Shown here: positions 1 through 6,000 of the stretch, one piece after another
How the letters are laid out: each line of letters opens with the position of its first letter
Numbering within the stretch: position 1 is the first letter of the stretch
NCBI RefSeq assembly: GCF_000007985.2
Contig: NC_002939.5
Location: 1,770,001 to 1,802,000, forward strand
Length of the DNA: 32,000 nucleotides
DNA from: Geobacter sulfurreducens PCA
Lineage (GTDB): Bacteria; Desulfobacterota; Desulfuromonadia; Geobacterales; Geobacteraceae
Reading direction: 5' to 3'
Made by a program: the position numbers and the translations under genes
Notes under the pieces: model-generated
Told to the model about the DNA's origin: nothing
What the model saw: the letters and a program-made list of their open reading frames with translations, nothing else
The model's database searches: none

Positions 1-828
1 TCCTACCATCTCCGATAACATAAGCAGGTACTTATGTATGTCGTCCTTGTTGGTGAGGTCGTGGTCCAGGGTTGTACTGTGGCTGACGCTTTTAACTTCT
101 TCTTCCGTTGTGGTCGGTATTACGGGAGAGTCGTCAATGCCCTGTCCCATCTGTTTGAGTCGTGCTCCCATGGCACCGAAATGTCGGGTAAGTATCTTGG
201 AGCTGAAGTGTCCCAGATCGTTACAGGTTGAAATGCCGAGGTATTTCAGTCGTTGTTCAGTGGATGGGCCTATTCCGCAGAGGCTGCGGATCGGGGTCGT
301 TTTCATGAGTGAAGCCACGTTTTCGGGGGGGATGATGGTGAGACCATCGGGCTTTTGCATGTCCGAGGCCAGCTTTGCCAAAAGCTTGTTGGGAGCGATG
401 CCGATGGAGCAGGTGAGGCCGAATCGGTCCCTTATGCGGGCTTTGATCTCGCGGGCAATCACGTCGGCGCGGCCGAAAAGTCGAAGCGAACCGGTCAAGT
501 CGAGAAAGGCTTCGTCAATGGAAAAGACTTCCACAAGGGGGGTGAATTGCCCGAGCATTTCGAAGATCAGTTTTGAAATACGGGTGTATTCCCGGTTGTT
601 GCCGATAACGAGGATCAATTCCGGGCAGAGCCGTTTTGCTTCGTGGGTTGTCATGCCCGTGCCGACCCCGTGGGCGCGTGCCTCGTAGGATGCGGTAGTG
701 ATGATGGTGCGCGCGCCTGACCCGATGACCGCAACTGGCTTTCCTTGGAGGGATGGGTCTGCTTGTTGCTCAACCGAGGCAAAAAAGGCGTTCATGTCCA
801 GATGGAGAATGGTTCGATGATTGCTCAT
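1..828 (-). CDS. dinB: DNA polymerase IV (Y-family translesion polymerase), first 276 codons; the C-terminus lies beyond the window start
   Basis: Missing from the ORF track because it is open at the window edge. The reverse-strand ATG at 828-826 opens a stop-free frame down to nt 1. Translation: MSNHRTILHLDMNAFFASVEQQADPSLQGKPVAVIGSG...VFSIDEAFLDLTGS...CSIGIAPNKLLAKLASDMQKPDGLT. These are the DMNAFFASVE, SIDEAFLD and GIAPNKxLAK motifs of DinB. It lies 49 nt downstream of lexA on the same strand. Confidence 0.9.
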   Translation of the reverse strand, partial: MSNHRTILHLDMNAFFASVEQQADPSLQGKPVAVIGSGARTIITTASYEARAHGVGTGMTTHEAKRLCPELILVIGNNREYTRISKLIFEMLGQFTPLVEVFSIDEAFLDLTGSLRLFGRADVIAREIKARIRDRFGLTCSIGIAPNKLLAKLASDMQKPDGLTIIPPENVASLMKTTPIRSLCGIGPSTEQRLKYLGISTCNDLGHFSSKILTRHFGAMGARLKQMGQGIDDSPVIPTTTEEEVKSVSHSTTLDHDLTNKDDIHKYLLMLSEMVG

Positions 829-877
829 GCTTGAGTGCCAGTATATTTACTTACCTGTGTACTGAGGAGTTTGTGTG

Positions 878-1489
878 TTAATCCATACGCCGGTAAATAC
901 CCACAACTTTGCCGATTATCCATGCCTCCTGTACCCCGCTCCGAACTATGATGGGGGCCATATTGGGATTTTCGGGCTGAAGCCGGATATGGTCCGCTCC
1001 TTGGTAGAAACGTTTGAGTGTTGCTTCGCCGTCGATCATGGCTACCACGATGTCGCGGTTTTCCGCTGTTTGCTGGGGGCGGACCAGGGCCAGGTCCCCT
1101 TCGATGATCGCGGCGTTGATCATGGAGTCACCCTTGACTCTGAGAAAAAAGGCACCTCCTTTGACCAGGGATTGATCAATCGATATGTGCTCCTCGATTT
1201 CCTCTGTGGCGATCTGGGGAACCCCGGCCCGCACGACTCCGATCACGGGTAACGAAACGGTAGGGGTGTGCCGTGTCTGCCCAGTCAGAGTTATGCCGCG
1301 CGAGTTCCCCGGTTCCCGCTGGAGATAGCCTTTCCGGGCAAGAGCCTCAAGGTGTTTTGCAACGCCCAGTGTGCCGTTCACGTTCAGGTGGCGGGCTATT
1401 TCCCGCATGGTAGGAGGATAGCCGTGGCGATCCACGTGGGCGGTTATGAACTCAAGCACCGTGCGCTGGCGAGAGGTAAGTGTTTCCAT
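878..1489 (-). CDS. lexA: LexA SOS repressor (S24 peptidase)
   Basis: ORF 878..1516 encodes a LexA. It has a winged-helix N-terminus (LTSRQRTVLEFI..GYPPTMREIARHL), an Ala-Gly cleavage site (VVRAGVP), the catalytic Ser (KGDSMI) and the catalytic Lys (EATLKRF). I place the start at ATG 1489-1487 (METLTSRQ), which has AAGGAAG 8 nt upstream. The 1516 ATG lies inside the operator palindrome and predicted -10/TSS region, but remains the alternative start. Confidence 0.9.
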   Translation of the reverse strand: METLTSRQRTVLEFITAHVDRHGYPPTMREIARHLNVNGTLGVAKHLEALARKGYLQREPGNSRGITLTGQTRHTPTVSLPVIGVVRAGVPQIATEEIEEHISIDQSLVKGGAFFLRVKGDSMINAAIIEGDLALVRPQQTAENRDIVVAMIDGEATLKRFYQGADHIRLQPENPNMAPIIVRSGVQEAWIIGKVVGIYRRMD

Positions 1490-1507
1490 GGGGACGGCTT
1501 CCTTATT

Positions 1508-1525
1508 GGTTGACATATGTCAACC
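1508..1525. promoter_or_regulatory. LexA operator (SOS box), Geobacter type
   Basis: GGTTGACATATGTCAACC is a perfect 18-bp palindrome directly upstream of lexA. It fits the G. sulfurreducens LexA-box consensus GGTT-N2-C-N4-G-N3-ACC (recalled from the literature) at every specified position. Confidence 0.75.
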
Positions 1526-1551
1526 TATCATGGGAAAAACAAAGGTGTCAA
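1522..1551 (-). promoter_or_regulatory. Candidate sigma70 promoter of lexA-dinB
   Basis: On the minus strand: TTGACA (1551-1546), an 18-nt spacer, then TAGGTT (1527-1522). The -10 element overlaps the left arm of the LexA box, the classic arrangement for autoregulation. Sequence pattern only. Confidence 0.45.
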
Positions 1552-1653
1552 GGGTGTGAAACAGTGAGCGGGAATTGCTGTCAGGCTACGGGTCAGGGGG
1601 AATAAGGATAGAGTGTGGTGGCGTGAATAGGGAGAAGCTGTGCGGGGGGGCAT

Positions 1654-1686
1654 CCCCCCGTGCGCACGGATTCAACGCACGGGGGG
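1654..1686 (-). terminator. GC-rich hairpin downstream of the cheX-like gene (terminator or insulator, no U-tract)
   Basis: CCCCCCGTGCG (1654-1664) pairs with CGCACGGGGGG (1676-1686), giving an 11-bp stem and an 11-nt loop. It starts about 10 nt after the stop codon at 1697. It is not followed by a T-run on the minus strand, so intrinsic termination is uncertain. Confidence 0.4.
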
Positions 1687-1696
1687 TAACGATCGG

Positions 1697-2560
1697 TTAT
1701 TCCTTGATAAAGACTGCCAGCTCGACGTGATCCCCCTCGGCCAGGCATGCAGGGAAGCACAGGCAAAGGTGATCGGGCGGCGGAACGATACCGGCGGATG
1801 CCTCAACGATCCTGGGAGGTGCGATTTCGATTGATTTGCCGAGTTGAGCCGCCTTGGCGGCTATGTTACCACATACCACGTTGATGAATTCCATCACCGT
1901 GTCGTCCAGAACCTCCTTGGGCTCTTCGTCCACATTGGCTTCCTTGAGGATTGCCCTGGCGATTCTGGCCTGGGCGTCCGTCGACACTCCCATGAGGTAG
2001 CACCCGGAGACGTCGCCGGAGAAATCCATGGCCGCGTAAACATCCTTCCTGGGCAGCCGATTCGCCATGAAGCACGGCTCGGGACGGAAGGTGAGAAGCG
2101 CCACCCGGGTAAGCATCTTGTGGGAGAGGTCGACCATCATTTCCCAGATGTTCGGGTTTGCAAGGCCGGCCGGGATGCTTACCGTGTCAGTGGCATACTG
2201 GGCCTGATCCGCCTTGAATTCGTCCAGGTAGCGGGGAAGGTCGTCGGCGGAAAGCCCGCCGACCTTGACCAGGGCTTCGCCGATGTAAAGGTGGCCGTTC
2301 TTTTGGCGGGTGAGCACCTGCTGCATCTGGTCGGCAGTGAGAAGCTCCAGCTTGACGGCCATGTCGCCGAAGCGCAGGTCTTCGCACCGCTGGGCGTTGT
2401 GGACTTTTTCGATGTCGGCTTCGGTCAGAAGCCCCATGGCCATGGCCGTGGCGCCGAAACTCAGGTTTACCGATTCCTGTAATTCTATGGCCTGCAGCAG
2501 AACTTCCCGCGTTACCACTTCCTTTTCAACGAGAAACTGTCCGAAAAACTTGACCGCCAT
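1697..2560 (-). CDS. cheX: CheX-family CheY-P phosphatase with an N-terminal domain of four MshEN/T2SSE_N-like repeats
   Basis: 287 aa, with GGGAGGA upstream of the ATG. The C-terminal half carries the CheC/CheX active-site pattern D-x3-E-x2-N (DTVMEFINVVCGN), followed by ..IEIAPP. Residues 5-115 form four 24-aa motifs with an exact 29-residue period (see findings). Confidence 0.8.
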   Translation of the reverse strand: MAVKFFGQFLVEKEVVTREVLLQAIELQESVNLSFGATAMAMGLLTEADIEKVHNAQRCEDLRFGDMAVKLELLTADQMQQVLTRQKNGHLYIGEALVKVGGLSADDLPRYLDEFKADQAQYATDTVSIPAGLANPNIWEMMVDLSHKMLTRVALLTFRPEPCFMANRLPRKDVYAAMDFSGDVSGCYLMGVSTDAQARIARAILKEANVDEEPKEVLDDTVMEFINVVCGNIAAKAAQLGKSIEIAPPRIVEASAGIVPPPDHLCLCFPACLAEGDHVELAVFIKE

Positions 2561-2606
2561 GTCCGGTCCTCCCTGCGAGATTAATGAATAAAGGGGGCGA
2601 GCCGGG

Positions 2607-2966
2607 TTAGAGCTCGCGGAGGATCTTCAGTACATTGTCAGCCTCAAAAGGCTTAGAGATGACTGTCCGGGCTCCGAGCCGCAGGGCTTCAGTAAATTTG
2701 TCGCCGACTCCACCCAGAGAGGTGACCATCACAACCTTGATGTTCTTATCAAGGGCCACCAAGGTCCGCAGGGCCGTAAGTCCATCCATGCCCGGCATGT
2801 TCATGTCCATGCAGATGATGTCCGGGTGCTCGGTCTGGTGCATGCGGATGGCCTCCATGCCGTTCTTGCCGTGTCCGACCACCTGGAATTCGCCGCTTTC
2901 CGAAAGAATCTTGTCAAGCTGACGGGCCACCGAGATGCTGTCGTCCACAATGAGAACTTTTTTCAT
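2607..2966 (-). CDS. cheY: Single-domain CheY-like response regulator (receiver)
   Basis: 119 aa: MKKVLIVDDS..., phospho-acceptor context IICMDMNMPGMDG, then VMVTS and ISKPF. The SD sequence GGAGGA precedes the ATG at 2966. It sits immediately upstream of the CheX-like gene on the same strand. Confidence 0.9.
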   Translation of the reverse strand: MKKVLIVDDSISVARQLDKILSESGEFQVVGHGKNGMEAIRMHQTEHPDIICMDMNMPGMDGLTALRTLVALDKNIKVVMVTSLGGVGDKFTEALRLGARTVISKPFEADNVLKILREL

Positions 2967-3052
2967 GCATTCCTCCTTCCTATGGTCACGCCGAACGCGT
3001 TTGATTTATCCATACATAATTTCATATCGGCAGGTTGCCCGTTTCGTTTAGC

Positions 3053-3087
3053 AAAAAAACAGCCGGAGACGGGCTCCGGCTGTTTTT
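3053..3087. terminator. Bidirectional rho-independent terminator
   Basis: AAAAAAA-CAGCCGGAG-acggg-CTCCGGCTG-TTTTT: a 9-bp GC-rich stem flanked by an A-run and a T-run. It lies just downstream of the lutB-lutA stop on the minus strand. Confidence 0.7.
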
Positions 3088-3119
3088 GGCGGGGGACGGC
3101 GAGATTATGTCTGTTTAAT

Positions 3120-5246
3120 TTAAGGGGTTACGAGACGTCTCGCCAGGAGGGTGGCGGAGTGCTCTACGGCAATGCCGGTTCCGGCGGCTTCCAGCCCCCC
3201 TTCGATCTGAAGTTTGCAGCCGGGGCAGTCCACGGCCACGGTGCGCGCACCGGTTTCCCTGATGGTCTCCATCTTGTTTTTCAAGACCTCCTGGGAAATC
3301 TCGGGGTACTTGATGGAATAGGAACCGCCGAAGCCACAGCACTTGTCGCAGTCGGTCATCTCGGCGATCTCCACGCCGACAAGCTCTCTGAGCACTCTGC
3401 GCGGTTCCTCGTGTACCCCGCACCCCCGCTTGAGGTGGCAGGCGTCATGGTAGGTAACGGTCTCTTTTCCACCGTTCACGGTTTCGTGCGTGGGGATTCC
3501 GGAGCCCGCCTTCCGCGCGGCCAGTTCGGAGAAGTTGAAGGTCTTGGCCGCCAAGCGCTCCGCCTTTTCCCGCCATGGGGGCTCGGTCGACAAAAGCTTG
3601 GGAAAGTCATGCCGCAATGACATGGTGCAGGTGGGACAGATGGTGACCACGTAGTCCGCATCCTCCTCCAGCAATACATCGATGTTGATTTTGGCCAGGT
3701 CCCGGGCAACGCCCATCTCTCCTGAATAGCGGGCCGGTATGCCGCAACAGCTCTGCTTCTGAGGGAACGAGACTTCATAACCGAGGGCTTCCAGGCTCTT
3801 GACGGTATCCAGGCACATCTCGGGGTAGACGAAATCGGCCAGGCAGCCGGAATAAAATAGCACTGTTTCCCGTGACGCCGCGCCCTGTTTCTTCGTTCCC
3901 GGCTGTTCCGCGATCAGGTCGCGGAACGGTTTCTCGGCAATGGGGGGAAGGGAGCGGTTGGCTGTTTCGCGGTTGAGAATGAGCGGCAGGTGCCGGATGC
4001 GCCCCCCTTCGCTCTGGAACGGTTTTTGTGCCAGATATGCGGTGCGCAGGGTTGCATGAAAGAGTGCGCGGTTTTTCATGAGGGTGCCGAAGAGGAATTT
4101 TTGCCCGGCGGGCTTTCGGATCTTATCCCGCAGATCCACGATGAGCCCTTCGATATCGATCTTTGCCGCGCAGACTTCGTTGCACTTGCGACAGCCAATG
4201 CAGAGCTTGAGGATGTCTTCGGCCTTGTCGAGACCGTGGAAGAAGGGGGTCAGCACCAGCCCGATCCCCCCTACGTAGATATGGCCGAACACGTGGCCGC
4301 CCACGATTTCGTAAATAGGGCAGACATTGGCGCAGGCACCACATTTGACACAGGCCAGGGCTTCAGAAAAGTCCGGATCGGCCGCCAGCCGGGTCCGACC
4401 GTTGTCGAGCAGCACGATGTGGAGTTCCCGCCCTTCGCCCGTGGGGCCTTTGATGAAGGATACATAGGAGGTGATCTTCTGTCCTGTGGCGTTCTTGGGG
4501 AGGATGGTGATCACGTCCAGGGCTTCGGAAAGGGTGGGAACGATCTTGTCTACCCCCACCAGGGCGATGTGGATACGGGGAAGGGTTGTCACGAGTCGGC
4601 CGTTCCCTTCATTGGTGACTATGCCGATGGCACCCGAATCGGCCATCGCCACATTGGCTCCCGACAGTCCGACCTGGCCGGTGAGGAAGCCATCGCGCAG
4701 CGTTTCCCGGGCAACCCTGACCAAGTGTGGGATGTCCGGTGGGCAGTCCAGGCCGGTTTCCCGGCTGAAGAGTTCCGCCACATCCTCCCGGTTTTTGTGG
4801 ATGGCGGGCATGACCATGTGGGAGGGGCGTTCGCCGGCCAGCTGGATGATCCACTCGCCCAGATCGGTTTCCAGGCAGGTTACCCCGTTGTTTCCCAGGT
4901 AGTGATTCAGCTCGATCTCCTCGGAGGTCATGGCTTTTGATTTTACGAGGAAGTTTACGCCGGCCTTGCGGATGATCTCCAGGATGGTCCGGTTCGCCTC
5001 TTCGGGGGTGGCGCAGAGATGAACCGTTGCCCCTGACCGCTCGGCGCTGGCGGTAAATTCCTTCACCATCTCCGGCAACCGTGCAAGGCCCTCCTTTTTG
5101 AAGGCCGCTATCCTTGACCGAAGCGCCTCGAAATCAACCCCTTCAAAGGCCTTGGCCCGTGCCACCGGATAGGCTGCGGCAAAATTCTTAAGAGCTTTGC
5201 GCAGAAATGCGTCGTTGATTTTTTGCCTGATAACGTCCCGTGCCAT
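3120..5246 (-). CDS. lutB: Lactate utilisation protein, LutB-LutA fusion (LUD domain + 4Fe-4S dicluster + two CCG cysteine-rich domains)
   Basis: 708 aa. The N-terminal ~470 aa resemble LutB (YkgF-like LUD region, CVKCGACANVCP and CIGCRKCNEVC ferredoxin motifs). The C-terminal ~240 aa resemble LutA, with two CCG motifs (SCCGIPA, KCCGFGG). The ATG at 5246 lies 3 nt after the lutC stop. Confidence 0.85.
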   Translation of the reverse strand: MARDVIRQKINDAFLRKALKNFAAAYPVARAKAFEGVDFEALRSRIAAFKKEGLARLPEMVKEFTASAERSGATVHLCATPEEANRTILEIIRKAGVNFLVKSKAMTSEEIELNHYLGNNGVTCLETDLGEWIIQLAGERPSHMVMPAIHKNREDVAELFSRETGLDCPPDIPHLVRVARETLRDGFLTGQVGLSGANVAMADSGAIGIVTNEGNGRLVTTLPRIHIALVGVDKIVPTLSEALDVITILPKNATGQKITSYVSFIKGPTGEGRELHIVLLDNGRTRLAADPDFSEALACVKCGACANVCPIYEIVGGHVFGHIYVGGIGLVLTPFFHGLDKAEDILKLCIGCRKCNEVCAAKIDIEGLIVDLRDKIRKPAGQKFLFGTLMKNRALFHATLRTAYLAQKPFQSEGGRIRHLPLILNRETANRSLPPIAEKPFRDLIAEQPGTKKQGAASRETVLFYSGCLADFVYPEMCLDTVKSLEALGYEVSFPQKQSCCGIPARYSGEMGVARDLAKINIDVLLEEDADYVVTICPTCTMSLRHDFPKLLSTEPPWREKAERLAAKTFNFSELAARKAGSGIPTHETVNGGKETVTYHDACHLKRGCGVHEEPRRVLRELVGVEIAEMTDCDKCCGFGGSYSIKYPEISQEVLKNKMETIRETGARTVAVDCPGCKLQIEGGLEAAGTGIAVEHSATLLARRLVTP

Positions 5247-5249
5247 TAC

Positions 5250-5753
5250 CTATTCTCCTTCGATGATCAGGAGGTGGAGCTCCCTGGGGCCGTGCACGCC
5301 GATGGTAAGAACCCGCTCGATGTCGGCAGTGCGGCTCGGGCCGGTTATGAGGGAGAGATAGCGTGAGCCCCCTTCCGCCAGAAGTCCGCCAAGTCGCTCG
5401 CCCAGCGCGGAGAGCGTCGGCACAATGGTCGAAGCCCTGAGAACTACCGCGTGTACCAGCGGCAGGGCGGTTGCCGCCCGTTGTGCCGGCGCGGTAAGTT
5501 CCAGCAGCACGCTGCCGGTTTCGGCAATACCGGCGTCCGCCTCGCTGATACCCACTTCGGCATCGGCAAGCCTTTCGGAGGGGAGGGGGGTGATGGTTTC
5601 GAGCATGGCGGCAAGTCGGGAGGACAGGCTCGAAGCCGCCACCGGCCGGTTCGCCGTCAGGTCCAGCAGATAATCGACGGCACCATTGAGATCGGTAAAG
5701 CGTTTTACCGTAGCGCCAACCGCTTCCGCCGCCACAGTGAAGGTCGAGATCAT
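5250..5753 (-). CDS. lutC: LutC-like LUD-domain protein (lactate utilisation protein C)
   Basis: The ORF track gives 5250..5888. I prefer ATG 5753 (MISTFTVAAEAVGA...), which is preceded by GAGG. The upstream 45 codons cover the promoter and operator DNA and do not look protein-like. LUD-domain features: GISEADAGIAETGSV, and TGPSRTADIE near the C-terminus. Confidence 0.7.
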   Translation of the reverse strand: MISTFTVAAEAVGATVKRFTDLNGAVDYLLDLTANRPVAASSLSSRLAAMLETITPLPSERLADAEVGISEADAGIAETGSVLLELTAPAQRAATALPLVHAVVLRASTIVPTLSALGERLGGLLAEGGSRYLSLITGPSRTADIERVLTIGVHGPRELHLLIIEGE

Positions 5754-5766
5754 GGGCACCTCTGTA

Positions 5767-5782
5767 AGTTGTAATACCAACT
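5767..5782. promoter_or_regulatory. Candidate GntR/FadR-type (LldR-like) operator, copy 1
   Basis: AGTTGTAATACCAACT. Its reverse complement contains TGGTATTACAA, close to the FadR-subfamily TGGTnnnACCA / tnGTnnnACna core. It matches the reverse complement of copy 2 at 15 of 16 positions. It lies between the predicted lutC promoter and the lutC start. Confidence 0.55.
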
Positions 5783-5791
5783 CGTGTTTTG

Positions 5792-5821
5792 AGGATAGTT
5801 TACTATGGTCGATAGTGTCAA
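5792..5821 (-). promoter_or_regulatory. Candidate sigma70 promoter for lutC and lutB-lutA
   Basis: On the minus strand: TTGACA (5821-5816), an 18-nt spacer, then TATCCT (5797-5792). Pattern match only. Confidence 0.35.
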
Positions 5822-5849
5822 GTGTATATAATTGTCCCTTAAATTTGCC

Positions 5850-5877
5850 TTGACAGTGTCTCGGTAAATTTGATAGT
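5850..5877 (+). promoter_or_regulatory. Candidate sigma70 promoter for lctP-glcD-glcF
   Basis: TTGACA (5850-5855), a 16-nt spacer, then GATAGT (5872-5877). Operator copy 2 overlaps the -10 element and the predicted transcription start. Confidence 0.45.
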
Positions 5878-5890
5878 TGGTATGACAACT
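5875..5890. promoter_or_regulatory. Candidate GntR/FadR-type (LldR-like) operator, copy 2
   Basis: AGTTGGTATGACAACT, which is the reverse complement of AGTTGTCATACCAACT. It is inverted relative to copy 1 and 108 bp away. It contains TGGTATGACA. Confidence 0.55.
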
Positions 5891-6000
5891 AAACAAAACT
5901 TTATTTTATTTTTTGGGTGGATGAGGCCGGCGGCCAATGGTATGGCAGGCTCTTCCCACACATCATACCCCTAAAGGCGCAGTGAAAGGAGAGTATTCAA

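Noticed and set aside
38-688. 216-aa plus-strand ORF (with nested ORFs at 34..231 and 355..576) at the left edge
   Set aside because: It is antisense to a clean DinB reading frame (828 to 1, minus strand) with textbook Pol IV motifs. Its own translation is low-complexity, rich in Ser, Arg and Val, with no recognisable domain.
1490-1516. N-terminal extensions proposed by the ORF track: lexA to 1516, lutC to 5888, secG to 12315, pgk to 14396, gap to 15492, HK to 15613, rubrerythrin-like to 31866
   Set aside because: In most cases an internal ATG with a good Shine-Dalgarno sequence coincides with the start of homology. For the HK, the call rests only on the first ATG (15673) versus a TTG codon. 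The extensions run through promoters, operators or terminator hairpins and add non-conserved residues.
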